Below, piece after piece: positions 23,156 through 35,628 of a DNA stretch of 64,000 bases. The notes beneath the pieces are model-generated. The model saw nothing but the letters and a program-made list of their open reading frames with translations. It ran no database searches and was not told the origin of the DNA. The stretch comes from Rhynchopus sp. YZ270_cl-10. Taxonomy: Eukaryota. The position numbers were made by a program, and so were the translations under genes. Numbering within the stretch: position 1 is the stretch's first letter; each line of letters starts with the position of its first letter. The stretch covers positions 248,001-312,000 of the forward strand of contig OZ037844.1 of assembly GCA_964035575.1 (NCBI GenBank). The letters are read 5' to 3'.

Positions 23156-24508
23156 TCATTCTTCTGCACCGTGCTTCAGGAGAAACTGCTCCACATCTGC
23201 ATGTTGTTTCTGCCTCGCATAGTGCAACGCAGTGTGGCCCGAAAAATCCCTGTGGTTTACATCCACCTTGTTCCAGCCTACAAGATAGCGCACAGTCTCG
23301 GTGTGTCCATGATATGCCGCAACGGTAAGACATGTGTCTCCATTCTCCTCTGTAGCACACACGTCCGCACCTGCTTCCACCAACATCTTCACAATTTCTA
23401 GTTCCCCAACCTCACAAGCACAGCGAAGAGGTGCGACATCCATCACAGCGTACTTTTCATCGATGTCTGCCCCTGCATCAATGAGCAGTTGCACCACATC
23501 TGAGTGCTTCTCGAACACTGCGTGGTGCAGTGCAGTGAAGCCACTGTCATTTGACTGATTCACATCCACCTCAGGCATGCACAGAAGAGTGCGCACAGTC
23601 TCGGTGTGCCCGTGATGTGCCGCAACGGTAAGACATCCGTTCCCTTTGTTGTCTGCGACACACACTCTCGCACCTGCTTTGACCAACACCTTCACAACTG
23701 CGAGTGATCCTGAACGACAAGCCCAGTGCAGGGGTGAAAATCCCGTCTTGTCCTTTACCTCCACCTCTGCCCCTGCATCAATGAGCACCTCCATCACAGC
23801 GGGGTGGTTACAAGCTGAAAGGATCAACGCAGTGTGGCCGGCACTATCCTTGTGAGTCACGTCGACCTGCAGCAAACCCACAAGATAGCGCACAGTCTCG
23901 GTGTGTCCAAAATATGCCGCAAGGGTAAGACACGTGTCTCCTTCGGTGTCCGTGACACGCACTCCCGCACCTGCTTCTACCAACACCTTCACAACATCGA
24001 GTGCTCCCGAACGGCAAGCACAGTGCAGAGGCGAACGTCCCATGTCGTTCTTTCTCTCGATGTCTGCCCCTGCATCAATAAGCACCTGACACACTGCAGG
24101 GTCCTTCCACATGGCTGGACAGGGTCGGTCTTCTTCGTCCTCCTGCCCATGTGGGACAAACGTGACGTTGCTGCAGACTGACTTCCAATGCTGCAAGAGG
24201 ACCTCCGTGCACGCAGTGTAGTCTGCGTGGATGCACTCACTCAGCAGCATCCCGAAGCCCATCTGCGTTGTCTCAACATACGGAAGAAGCAGTGCGAGGC
24301 ATTCATCGTGGTTCCCTCTGCATGCCTCGTGCACCGCATCGAAGGCATCTGTTTTGCTGTCTGTGTCTGGGCTGAGCTTCTCAAGTCCCACCCGCACGGC
24401 AGTCGTGTCGCCGTTCCTGGCAGCCTCCACCAAGACCTCGTCTGCAGAAAGTGTTGTGTTGTTTGAAGCCTTCTCGTCAGGTGTGCTGTCTGCGTGTCGC
24501 TTCGACAT
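23156..24508 (-). CDS. Ankyrin family copy A7 (450 aa)
   Basis: Complete ORF. Confidence 0.93.
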   Translation of the reverse strand: MSKRHADSTPDEKASNNTTLSADEVLVEAARNGDTTAVRVGLEKLSPDTDSKTDAFDAVHEACRGNHDECLALLLPYVETTQMGFGMLLSECIHADYTACTEVLLQHWKSVCSNVTFVPHGQEDEEDRPCPAMWKDPAVCQVLIDAGADIERKNDMGRSPLHCACRSGALDVVKVLVEAGAGVRVTDTEGDTCLTLAAYFGHTETVRYLVGLLQVDVTHKDSAGHTALILSACNHPAVMEVLIDAGAEVEVKDKTGFSPLHWACRSGSLAVVKVLVKAGARVCVADNKGNGCLTVAAHHGHTETVRTLLCMPEVDVNQSNDSGFTALHHAVFEKHSDVVQLLIDAGADIDEKYAVMDVAPLRCACEVGELEIVKMLVEAGADVCATEENGDTCLTVAAYHGHTETVRYLVGWNKVDVNHRDFSGHTALHYARQKQHADVEQFLLKHGAEE

Positions 24509-25167
24509 GGTTTGTGAAGATGTTGATATGCAATGTTGTGTCTTTTATGCTGTTTCTTTTTGTGGAGGTTGTGAGGCGAGTGGTGAGTGTCCTTCCCTCC
24601 CACCCCACAGTACTAACTTACTGGACATCAGTGCTGGAGGAGGTTGAGCAGGGAGGTGAGACTGAAGACGAAAAGAAAGCAGCAAAGAATGAAAAATAGG
24701 AAATATTCGGGATTCTTGTTTCGGGAGTGGGGAAATAGTGCACAAAACTACAATATTGAGAAGCGAGGAAAGTTCCTAGGGAAAAAAGTATTCGATCGCA
24801 TCACACAGGCGCAACTCTCGGGTGGGGTGAGGTAGAATGCACCTAAAATTGCTGTAAGAAAAACAGGGATTCGTTTTCAGGAAGTTTCTATTTTCCCCCG
24901 AAACCCCAATCCCAATCCACTACTAGATAAATACCTGCATTTGTCCCAATAATAATGAAATGCATTTCTTCTTTTGCCTTGTGCCTTGTGCCCCCGTCAC
25001 CTATAAGCCTCGAATCCTACAAAAAATATTGCCCTCAAAAAAAAAAAGGTGCTGCATTCTTCTGATTCTTCTCAGAGACACGTCAGATGTCAGGGACGAG
25101 AAGTGGAAGTGCTCGTACCCCATACTGCCGTCGACGCTGGCACGAGTGGCTTGACGCGTCCACAGCA

Positions 25168-26517
25168 TCATTCTTCTGCACCGTGCTTGAGGAGAACCTG
25201 CTCCACATCTGCATGTTGTTTCTGCCTCGCATAGTGCAACGCAGTGTTGCCCAACAAATTTCTGTGGTTCACATCCACCTTGTTCAAACCAACAAGATAG
25301 CGCACAGTCTCGGTGTGTCCATAATATGCCGCAACGGTAAGACATGTGTCTCCATCGCAGTCTGTGTCACACACGTCCGCACCTGCTTCGACCAACATCT
25401 TCACAACTTCGAGTTCCCCAACCTCACAAGCACAGTGAAGGGGTGTGTAGTACATCTCATCGTCCTTCGCCTCGATGTCTGCCCCTGCATCAATGAGCAG
25501 CTGCACCATATCAGGGTGCTTCTTTAACACTGCGCCGTGCAGTGAAGTGAAGCCCTTGGTCGACTGATTCATGTCCACCTCAGGCATGCACAGAAGAGTA
25601 CGCACAGTCTCAGTGTGCTCTCGTGACGCACACATAAGACATCCGTTCCCTTTGTTGTCTGCGACACACACGTAAGCACCTGCTTTGAGCAACACCTTCA
25701 CAACTGCGCGTGCTCCTGAAAGGCAAGCTAAGAGCAGGGGTGAAAGTCCCGCCTCGTCCTTTACATCCACATCTGCCCCTGCATCAATGAGCACCTCCAC
25801 CACATCTGCATGATTTTCATCAGCTGCCTGGAGCAGCGCAGTGGAGCCATCATTATCCTTGTGATTCACGTCGACCTGCAGCAAACCCACAAGATAGCGC
25901 ACAGTCTCGGTGCGTCCAAAACAAGACGCAAGGGTAAGACAGGTGTCTCCTTCTTTGTCTGTGACTCGCACTCCTGCACCTGCTTCCACCAACACCTTCA
26001 CCGCAAGGAGTGCTCCTGAACGGCAAGCACAGTGCAGAGGCGAACGTCCCATGTCGTCCTTTGTCTCGATGTCTGCCCCTGCATCAATGAGCACCTGACA
26101 CACTGCAGGGTCCTCCCACATGGCTGGACAGGGTCGGTCTTCTTCGTCCTCCTGACCGTGTGGGACAAACGCAACGTTGCTGCAGACTGACTTCCAATGC
26201 TGCAAGAGGACCTCCGTGCACGCAGTGTGGTCTGCGTGGATGCACTCACTCAGCAGCATCCCGAAGCCCATCTGCGTTGTCTCAACATACGGAAGAAGCA
26301 GTGCGAGGCATTCATCGTGGTTCCCTCTGCATGCCTCGTGCACAGCATCGAAGGCAACCTTTTTGCTGTCTGTGTCTGGACTGAGCTTCTCAAGTCCCAC
26401 CCGCACGGCAGTCGTGTCGCCGTTCCTGGCAGCCTCCACCAAGACCGAGTCTGCAGAAAGCTTTCTTCTCTTTGGTGGGTTCTCGTCAGGTGTGCTGTCT
26501 GCGTGTCGCTTCGACAT
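25168..26517 (-). CDS. Ankyrin family copy A8 (449 aa)
   Basis: Complete ORF. Confidence 0.93.
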   Translation of the reverse strand: MSKRHADSTPDENPPKRRKLSADSVLVEAARNGDTTAVRVGLEKLSPDTDSKKVAFDAVHEACRGNHDECLALLLPYVETTQMGFGMLLSECIHADHTACTEVLLQHWKSVCSNVAFVPHGQEDEEDRPCPAMWEDPAVCQVLIDAGADIETKDDMGRSPLHCACRSGALLAVKVLVEAGAGVRVTDKEGDTCLTLASCFGRTETVRYLVGLLQVDVNHKDNDGSTALLQAADENHADVVEVLIDAGADVDVKDEAGLSPLLLACLSGARAVVKVLLKAGAYVCVADNKGNGCLMCASREHTETVRTLLCMPEVDMNQSTKGFTSLHGAVLKKHPDMVQLLIDAGADIEAKDDEMYYTPLHCACEVGELEVVKMLVEAGADVCDTDCDGDTCLTVAAYYGHTETVRYLVGLNKVDVNHRNLLGNTALHYARQKQHADVEQVLLKHGAEE

Positions 26518-27596
26518 GGTTTGTGAAGATGTTGATATTCAATGTTGTGTCTTTTATGCTGTTTATTTTTGTGGAGGTTGTGAGGTGAGTGGTGGGTGTC
26601 CCTGAACTGCCTTCCCACCCCTGACAAGCACACAGACACAGTCGAAACGGTGAACATACGTGGGTAGGTGTGAATGGGTTCACTGATAGGTTCTTAGGAA
26701 AGATGTCTCCTCATGTGGGTATAAACTTGAAATACAACAACCATCTGATATGCTTTACTCTCGCTTCTACTTATCAGGCAGTACCAAAAAGCATGGAAAA
26801 AGGAGAAGGGTTTTTGGGTTTTGTTTCCTTTTCTACTATTGTGTCTTGATTGCATCGGTTTGGGTTGTTGCTGTTTTTTTGTTTTTTTTATTTTGAAACT
26901 TTTTTTAATAACATTCCTACACTGAATGAAGCTCCAAGAAAATGGAGTCGGTGGTCAAAGAGGACGCCGCTTTCCTAACAACGTGCACACAAACTGGAAA
27001 GGCGTAGTCCTTGAACATTGCTTACCAATGGTACGAATGGTACACGAATGTATCTTGGTGCGTGAACCAGAGTGGGCGTCCGTTTGCCATGCATGTCTTG
27101 CCTACCAGCGACAGGCGATATAGTACATGGTCTTGATGGTTACCAGAACACGACCCCGCAAAATAAACCATGAAAACGTCTAGTTCAAGTCAATGAACCA
27201 GGCATGGAAGGGTTGCTTGCAAACTTGGTTTGTATTAATGTGACACCCGAGGATGCACGCCACTATTGTTGCCTTACCAACAGGAGTCGAAGGTGTGTTC
27301 TGTGTTCAGCATTACCCTACAGGGAAGAATGTGGACGCACACCTGATCCCTAATTTGCTTTTTCTTTTTCTTTGATAAATTGTTGGAGTAGTGTAGTTGC
27401 CTCGGTTGTATTGCCACAGTTGTGCATTCTCCACTGTTGTTGTTTTTTTTTTTTTTCGCATTTTTTTGAACGAACGTAAAACGTTATCCAGATTCCGCTG
27501 AGTTCAACGAATATTTCCTCCGGATTTCGACGGGTTTTATTTGCTGAAAGAGTTTGCAAAGTGGGGGGAGAAAGAGCACTATTTCGCAAAAGGTGT

Positions 27597-27873
27597 CTAA
27601 ACCTCTTGGCTTAGTCAAGAAAGGTTGACTTCAAATACAAAGCCCTCTCATGACAACGTACAACCAAACGTTGCAAAACCGAGCACTGTTTCTAAAATAA
27701 AATAAAAGAAAGAGCCCCTTTTACGATGAACGTCTACACATCATAAGCAAAGTTGACTTGAAACACAAACACCTCTCAACAGACAGTCTTGGCACACGAC
27801 CGACCGGGGGGTACAGCCAACCATGCTTAACAAACCTGCTGGATGCGCCTAAGCCTCTCGGGCTAAGTCACCG
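27597..27873. repeat. Dispersed intergenic repeat family (GACTTGAAATACAAAGCCCTCT...GACAGTGTAC and CCTAAGCCTCT...TTAGTCACC)
   Basis: Related copies at ~32717-32957, ~46359-46420, ~59521-59650 and ~61495-61530, all in the same orientation. Confidence 0.65.
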
Positions 27874-28597
27874 CTGATCATTCCCCCTTGCGTCCAGTAG
27901 GAACACAGTGCACATGCCTATCACGTCCCAAGCGAGTGAACGGGGACAGTTAGCATGTGACCAGGTCTGTTTGATACGAAACACCCAACCCAAAACCTCA
28001 CATTTCTATTCAAACCAACCAAGGAAGGGGAAGAGAACGGGAGATGGAGAGAGGGCCATATTATTATTCGTTTGACATTCCTCTAGCACTAACGTATTGG
28101 AGAGGAATACAGCACGCCTTACGATGAGCGCCATGATTCACAGTGAACGTGGATACCATAAAAAAAAAACTGAACAAATAGTACCAAAACAAAAATGACA
28201 GAACAAAGGGTAGAGAAGCGGAGTGTGAAAAGATGGATCTTGAGTACAACAGTGTTGCCCCGAAGCGATTTTTATTATTTTTTTTGGGTTGGTACCCAGT
28301 GTCAAAGTTGTGTCGACCAGGCTAATCCAGTATGTTACGCTGTACGTAAAGTACCGTAAATCCGAAGAAATAACGGGCAGACAATAACCATTTCTTTTTA
28401 AAAGCCGATGAAGCCCTAGAAAAAGATGGCTCTTTTTTCCACTATCTGTGTGGGGAACACATTGTGTGGGGCAAAAAAAAACCTTATTTCATATGCGCGA
28501 CACAAACCACACCCCCTTTCCGACAGATACGAAAAAACAACATACAACAAATGTTAGAAAACGGAAATGCTCTAAAATGCTTTATTCCCCCCAAACT

Positions 28598-30136
28598 TTA
28601 AAAGGGCAGCAGTCTGTCGTGGACCAGTTCAGACTCCGAACCTACGGATCGTCGGCCTGCAGAGACTGTGGACGAGGTGTCATCGTTGTCCCTGTAGTCC
28701 CGCTGGCTGTATAGCCCACCTGGAGGACGTGGTGGGTAAGTGGTGGAGGCCGTCATCTCGACTGGGGGCATGGGCGCTTGGTGGCACTCACGTGGCATGC
28801 TCCCGACTAGGTTGTCCTGCATCTTGTCTCTGCTCACGTCCAGCCCGCTCGAAGAACGTCCCCGAGCAACCAGCACGCACACACAGCAGCAAACGAAGCA
28901 CGCAATCAGCACCGCCAGCCCAGCCAACCCCAGCACGGTGTACACCCACCATTCTGTGCCCTCGTCCCCATAGGGCGACGGAGTGCCTTGTGCAGCGGCG
29001 CCTACCGGTGTTGCCGTAGCCGAGGGCTGCGTCGTGGTGGGCAGGGTCGGTGCCACTGTCAGCGGCACCGTTGTGAGCGGTGCTTCTGTGGCAGGTGCAG
29101 GTGTTGACGGTGCTGGTGTTGGAGGTGCCGGTGTAGGAGGTGAAGGTGTGGGTGGGGACGGAGTGGGTGGCGATGGTGTCGGTGGTGCCGGTGTGGGAGG
29201 TGCCGGTGTTGGCGGGGAAGGCGTCGGTGGTGACGGCGTGGGTGGGGAAGGAGTTGGCGGAGCCGGTGTCGGTGGTGACGGTGTAGGTGGCGATGGAGTT
29301 GGTGGTGACGGTGTCGGAGGTGCAGGTGTCGGTGGCGACGGCGTTGGTGGTGCTGGCGTCGGTGGGGACGGAGTTGGCGGTGCCGGTGTCGGTGGTGCAG
29401 GTGTCGGTGGCGACGGCGTTGGTGGTGCTGGCGTCGGTGGCGCCGGTGTTGGCGGCGACGGAGTCGGGGGCACTTCTGTCGGGACTGCTGTGGGCGGTGC
29501 GGGTGTGTCATATTTATCGCAGTTGTCCCCGAACCAATTCATGAAACACTCGCAGTGGCAGGTCCCTTTCACCTTATCCCCAACAACAGCACCGCCTGCT
29601 GTGCTTGTACTAACATAACAGCTCGGCACATCTGCCTGCTCGCATATAGGGTCAGGCGCGTTTGGGTCTTGACATGATGCATCCGGCGGCGATGGTTCCA
29701 GCGAGACACCGTCATACAGAAAGACACCGTCCGTCTTGCTCGGGTTGAAGATCTCGATGTAGAGTGCCCTCGAGCCGTCGTCTGTGGAGAAGCAGGTGTG
29801 GTCGATGTGCTCGTCTTTTGTGAGGATTCTGCAGAACTTGCAGTCTTCTCCGTTGAGAGGGTCTGTCGTGTGGATGTGCACCCAGCACTTGGAGTCGGTG
29901 CGCTGGCTCAGCGTCGTCATGATGTGCGGCGTGAACCCTGTGTACGTCGGGTTGTCGAAGGCGAGACTCCGATACGAACTTGACAGGAACAACTTGAACA
30001 CAACACACGTCTGCGCGGGGATGGGGAAGTTCCCATTCTTCCCAACCAGGTTCACCGAGGCAGCGTCGTAGTCTACACTCACCACGCTGTCGACAAGCAG
30101 CAGCAGCAGGCCCAACAGACGCCATGAAGACCCCAT
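28598..30136 (-). CDS. Type I surface glycoprotein: signal peptide, Cys-rich/EGF-like region, (PPTPA/S)n stalk, TM helix, cytoplasmic tail
   Basis: [20 protein letters not shown] signal; [17 protein letters not shown]-like end; long [10 protein letters not shown] run; [28 protein letters not shown] transmembrane segment. Confidence 0.85.
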   Translation of the reverse strand: MGSSWRLLGLLLLLVDSVVSVDYDAASVNLVGKNGNFPIPAQTCVVFKLFLSSSYRSLAFDNPTYTGFTPHIMTTLSQRTDSKCWVHIHTTDPLNGEDCKFCRILTKDEHIDHTCFSTDDGSRALYIEIFNPSKTDGVFLYDGVSLEPSPPDASCQDPNAPDPICEQADVPSCYVSTSTAGGAVVGDKVKGTCHCECFMNWFGDNCDKYDTPAPPTAVPTEVPPTPSPPTPAPPTPAPPTPSPPTPAPPTPAPPTPSPPTPAPPTPSPPTPAPPTPSPPTPSPPTPSPPTPAPPTPSPPTPSPPTPSPPTPAPPTPAPPTPSPPTPSPPTPSPPTPAPPTPAPSTPAPATEAPLTTVPLTVAPTLPTTTQPSATATPVGAAAQGTPSPYGDEGTEWWVYTVLGLAGLAVLIACFVCCCVCVLVARGRSSSGLDVSRDKMQDNLVGSMPRECHQAPMPPVEMTASTTYPPRPPGGLYSQRDYRDNDDTSSTVSAGRRSVGSESELVHDRLLPF

Positions 30137-31163
30137 TGTTGACTTCACTTCCTGAGAGAAGGGATAAGAGGGCAGAGGGAGTGTTGAAAAGTGTGAAAGA
30201 AGTGTGGGGTAAAATCACAGAAATTGAGCATTTGTTTGATGGCGATGTGTGAACCTATACGTGTGGAGCGACTTAGGGACTTCGCCTGGCTTCATGCAAG
30301 GAAGTGTGTTTGTCAAAGCCAGGCTAGGCCAAAAGCTTGAGCAGCATAGGGAATCGCTTATGCAGTGTGCCTCACAGATGAACACTCCTGCATTTGACGC
30401 CAAGCGCCGTGCCTTCTGTGCTAACGCGAGCAGGCTGAGGTGGCCAGACTCGAGTTGCAACGAGGGGCTTTCATTTTCGAGCTCGTCAGGAGATAACTGC
30501 ACCGAGTATTCACAATTCTGGCAATGAAGAAGAGCCTGCACGTACCTCATCGCGAAGTGCAACGCACACAGAAGTCCTGCCAGAAGTGAATCCCGATGTA
30601 CTGAAGCCTAGCCCAGAGAAATTCTAGAGACGTGAATGGAATAAAAGGAACAATATTTTAGATCTGCATGCACAGGGGCAGTGGTGGTTTCGCGAACGGA
30701 TGAGGGGGAGGGAAAAAATCATTATTTTTCTGGGGTTCCTGCAAAGCAAAGACGGGGTAGTGATCCTATTGCAGGACACCCTTACAAGACGTCTTCAGAT
30801 TTCAAATCCAAGAAATTCTTTAACAAAATGTGAACGATGTCGTAAAAAACGGGGAAAAAAAAATCAAATGAAAAGGTGAAATACACCACCCCTCCAGGGA
30901 AAAAAAAACCAAGCAGCTGGGGAAGGAGGAGGTGTACAAAAGGCAAGAACGTACACCTCCATCCTTCCCACCACCAGCAGTTTTAAAGCGTTCTGTTGCA
31001 AACAAGATTCAATTCTGTTTTTTGAAAAACTTGCTTGTATTAGTGACCACCCAAGAGTGTGCTCCACTATTTTTTTTTTTTATCAAAATCAACACACAAC
31101 TCTCCCTCCTCCCCCTCCTCCTAGCCAATCAACTTTCCAAAAAAAGCATCGTTGTGGCTCCTC

Positions 31164-31826
31164 TCATTCCTGCTCCCTACACGCAGCCGCACGCCACTGC
31201 TGAAGTCTTGAGAAGAGCGCCTTCTTTTGGTCAGTCTGGGAAAGGTCCCTTGCTACCCACATCCCATCGCTGCGGATGTCCTCCTGCGACGCACCAAGCG
31301 AGAGAAGATAGTGCAGCACTGCAAGCTCATTGTCCTTCGCTGCTAGGTCGATCAGAGTTGTGCTACGTGTCCGATCGAGACGGACACTTTGGTTCAGGGT
31401 AACCGCCTCGCTTTCGAGCATGATACGCACAAAGTCGACTTCTCCCGAACGCACGACATCCCTCGCGAGAAACTCCCCTCCGGCCCCTGCGTACACCACA
31501 TCCTCAAAGGTGTGCATATCCTTGCTTGCAATCAAATTCCGCACGAAAGAGCCCACATCCGCCACCCCCTCCATCACACCGTTCGCCTCCAGCCTCTTCT
31601 TCGCAAGCTCCCAACGGTTGTACCCTACCTCCACTACATCATCGGAGCTCAAGCAGTAGATATCATCAGTGCAGGTCAGCGCAGTGCCACCGCGTACCGT
31701 CAATGTCAGCCCCTCTGCGTCAATGCCAAATTCATGTGCGGCATCTGCGAGTAAGTCGTCAAGAAGGCTGTTCTCGCGTACGTTCAAGACAACATCGAGG
31801 CCTTCAAAGGTATAGGTAAGCTCCAT
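31164..31826 (-). CDS. Protein with ubiquitin-like N-terminus and C-terminal ankyrin repeats (220 aa)
   Basis: The first ~70 aa show a beta-grasp-like pattern. TLIDLAAKDNELAVLHYLLSLGAS is ankyrin-like. Confidence 0.6.
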   Translation of the reverse strand: MELTYTFEGLDVVLNVRENSLLDDLLADAAHEFGIDAEGLTLTVRGGTALTCTDDIYCLSSDDVVEVGYNRWELAKKRLEANGVMEGVADVGSFVRNLIASKDMHTFEDVVYAGAGGEFLARDVVRSGEVDFVRIMLESEAVTLNQSVRLDRTRSTTLIDLAAKDNELAVLHYLLSLGASQEDIRSDGMWVARDLSQTDQKKALFSRLQQWRAAACREQE

Positions 31827-33970
31827 CGTGAAGGTACTAAGGTGCCGGAAAGTATGAAAAAAAAAGTTTTAAAAAAAAGGGTTAGTTTGCAAAGAAGAGT
31901 GCTTGGATGTTTGGTTGTGGTAGTGGGGGGGGAGGAATGCGAAATGTAGGAAGATTTCTCGAGATATATTTTTTTTTGCTTTTTTTGTGATAAATCTGTT
32001 GTGTAGCGTGCCGAGCAGACACACACCTCTTTTTTAGTTCCCCCCCAACCCTGACCTCCCTCTGAGAACAACGTTTCGAGTACATTGGGCGGACGTTATC
32101 ATTCTGGACAATGCCCCTTCCCTTACCCCCCCTTCTCCAAACCAACTGATGTGAAGTGGCAGTTGGCAGGTGTTCGCCCAAGAACCTGAATAGCCATGAG
32201 TACAACGCACCCTACGTCTGATACCAGAACGATAGAAGTAAACTAAGGTGTGCATATACCTGTATGAACCTTACGTAAGAGAACTGAGGTTGCCCAGTAA
32301 TGCAGTGATCAAAGCGCAAGTTTTTACAAAGTGTTCACGGGGGTGAAAAAAAAAACCCCCCCGTAAGTTTTTACAAAGTCTCCACGGTGTACTGTGCGCA
32401 CAACATTTTTCACGCCATCATAGGCACTCACCAACCAAATTGAAATACAATGCCAGTACCTTGGTATGACCGGGTGCACCAGGGTGGACCCCCCCCAACG
32501 CTACATCCATTTCGAGGTTTACATATGATATGACCGTCACATAAAACACGCAAGATTGTGCGTCTGGTTGGGGGAGAGTAGTTTCCAATACTACAAATCT
32601 GTACAAAAAAGAATAGTAATTGAGACGCATCTTAGCTGAGCTCATACAAAGGGTGGGGACGTGGGTGTTCTGTAAAGTAAGAGAACCGAGGCGGTTCACA
32701 ACCCGCTCGGCGAATGAAACTTGAAATACAAAGCCCTCTTGTTTGACAGTGTACCTTTGGTGACCAGAACACCATTATTTTTTTTTTTTTGCCACTACTG
32801 GGAATCGAACAGAATACTATACAAAACGGACACATGAAAAAAAACAAACGTGCTCCTTCTGAGCCTCTCTTCTGACTAGAAAAAAAGTTGACTTGACATA
32901 CAAAAAACAAAGAAAAGTTTATAAGATGACCCTAAGCCTCTCGTGCCTTAGTCACCTTATCATATTCGTTATCGCGGAGCAACATTTGCGCAGGAAACAA
33001 AATAAAGAGAAGCTGAACAGCCCAAACGCCTCACCGTTCATCGGCGGACGCAGGCACTGGTTCTCCGCGGATCGTCAAACCCAAGAGACCACTTCATTGG
33101 CATGCACAGTTTTGTGCAAAATTTCAGAACTTACGTTCGTTCTGGAAGTAGTAAATTTTCACCTTAAAACAGTGCATTTTTGAGAGGTGTAAAACTGCGT
33201 CAATTAGAAAGGTGCGGTATTGCACTTTCTTCAAACGGTTCAGCCGAACCCACCATATTTTTCCTCAAAAAAAAAAATGATGGAGTTGTTCGAAAGTTTA
33301 AATATCAATGAACAAAAAATTTAGGGCGCAATGATTTTAAAAAAAAGCAAAAAAGTCGCTATGCTTGTTGCCATTTTTAATCGTTTTTTTTCGAAGGGGG
33401 TTAGGGAACATTTTTTTCTTTTTTTGTGCACGAGAAGACTTTTTCTTTCCATTTTTGTTGACTTTTTTTTCTCTTCTTCTTTTCTTTTTTGTTTTTTGAT
33501 ATGGGTGAATTTTTTTGCCTGGAGGGGGTACGGGGCGGCCTCTGTGATTTGAAACGGGGGGGGGGCAAAAAAAAGCCACCCATATTCAGTTGGTTCAGTG
33601 TAGGAAACACTGAGCTTTGACAATACACAAAGGAGATGAACATGCAAACCTACGACTCAACATTGCATAAACATCAACCTTTCGTTGGGGTTTTTTTTTT
33701 GGGAGAGAAAAGCTAGATTCGTAGAAACATAGTGACATTTGAGGAAAATCGGAATGTACTAGAAATCTTTACATAGATCTAAACGTGCCGTAACATTAGG
33801 TTAGAACAAAAAAAAAAGGGGCAACAGCTAACGCTTTTTGAAAAAAAAAAAATGTTGTAGTGTCCATTTTGCCACGACTCTATATCGTGCAATATCGAAC
33901 TACTGTCCGTCCACATTGCTCAATATGTGCCGACTGGGATCAACAAAAAATGTAACAACAGAAACTCATC

Positions 33971-35309
33971 CTACATCATGAACAGCATCGACTTCAGCTT
34001 CGGGCGGGGGTTCTTGAGCTTGTCCATATTACTGACCAGAATGTGGTATGTGTAGTTCGCGACACGTGCCAAGTCGATCCACCCTCGCTCGAGCTCGTCC
34101 CACTTATCGCTGTCTGCCTGCTCAATGCATCTGAGCCACGCCCCGTTCGCCAGGAAGTTCTTGTAGTACAAGTTCTCCAGGTTTGCACGCGATTCGACGT
34201 AGATGAACTCAAGGTCGTTTTTGCTGTCAATGTCCTTTACCAGCCCCATCAGCTCCGTGTGGATGGCCATCTGGATCTGTGAGGGGAGGGTGTGATGAAA
34301 TGCTCAAACGGAGGACGACAAACATTTTTTTTTTCTTCTTCTGTATCAGGGAACATCCCCTGCCACTGCTTGAGTTAGGGATTGCAATAAAAGGTTTTCA
34401 CCACTCACTCTTTACCACACTCTTTAATTTTTTTTTACTCCCTAATGATTCGCATCATCAATGATTCCGTACCGTAAACAAAAATAGTTGAAAATAATAA
34501 AACCTACATTCTTGAGCTCTTCTATACGAAGTGATTTTCATTGGACGCATCCCTAAGAGCCAGTATTTATATCTGAAACTAGACACACAATTTCAACCAT
34601 TTGAACCGAAGACACCCAAACATTTCTTGTATTATTTCCTTACAACCGTACAACCGCTTCGTATGTTTGTATACAACAGTTTAAAGATGAATACACCGTC
34701 TCGTCTACTGAAAACCATGTCAAATTGATGGTACAAACGATGACATACCTCTGCCCCTAGGAGATCTTCTTCCTTGATGGACGGAATCATGAGTGTGATC
34801 CACTCACCGACCATAATGATATTGTCGTTGAGCAAGGCTGCCTCGTGTTTGAGTACAGAGATCTCATTGAGCACTGCGGAGTTGTCGGGCGGTAGGGGCA
34901 TCTGTACCCGCGCCGCTTGCTCCTCTGCCTCGAGGCGTTGCTTCTTGGAGAGGGTCGAGGAGGTGGCGGTGGGCAGCTTCTTCTCCGTCTTGTCTGCCTT
35001 CTCGCGATCTGACGCAGACCGCTTTTTCCCAGCAGTCTTCTCCCCCTTCGGCGTCGTGAGCAGCTTAAGTTTTGGAGAAGGAACCGTCACCGTAACAGGG
35101 GAGGTGGTGTGCGATGTGGTTGCAGCTGCGGATCCATCGTGCTTCCCCCGCACCCCTTTCACCCGCTCCAGCGCGGCCTCATACCGAGCTACCAACGCAG
35201 GGATGTTCTCAATGTAAGTCGTCGTACGCTCGTTAAGCATCTCGCAACGGTGTGCGATTGTCTTGTCAAAGTCGTCCTCCTTCCCCTTCTTCTTGTTGGC
35301 GCGGGACAT
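33971..35309 (-). CDS. 11S proteasome activator (PA28/PA26/REG family), two exons 35309-34749 and 34276-33971, 288 aa
   Basis: A phase-0 GT-AG intron 34748-34277 (gtatgt...cccctcacag) gives WITLMIPSIKEEDLLGAE|IQMAIHTEL. The C-terminus NMDKLKNPR matches the family pattern N..K.K.PR. Confidence 0.85.
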
Positions 35310-35575
35310 GGTGAGGGGAGCGGAGGGGAGGGGGGGTGCTGTAAAGGGTGTCGATAGGGTTGAGTAGGTGGTTCTCGGGATAAGGATGAGATTCGTGGGC
35401 CCCTAATCCCTTTGCCCGAAGTACAGAGATGGGTGAGGATGGGTGAGTACACAATAAAAGGGGAGAGGTGAGGGAGAGAGGGGGAATGGAGAACACAGTA
35501 ATTCGTTGCTTTCATTTGGGTTTATGTTGCTTGGTATAAAGATTGTTTTGCCAAATGTGGTCGACGAGTGGAAGC

Positions 35576-35628
35576 ATTCTGCACCGTGCTTGAGGAGAAC
35601 CTGCTCCACATCTGCGTCTTGTTTTTGA
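35576..35628 (-). pseudogene. Relic of the ankyrin-family C-terminus
   Basis: Encodes QKQDADVEQVLLKHGAE. Confidence 0.75.

Noticed and set aside
28983..29618. Gly/Val-rich plus-strand ORF
   Set aside because: Antisense shadow of the PPTP repeat.
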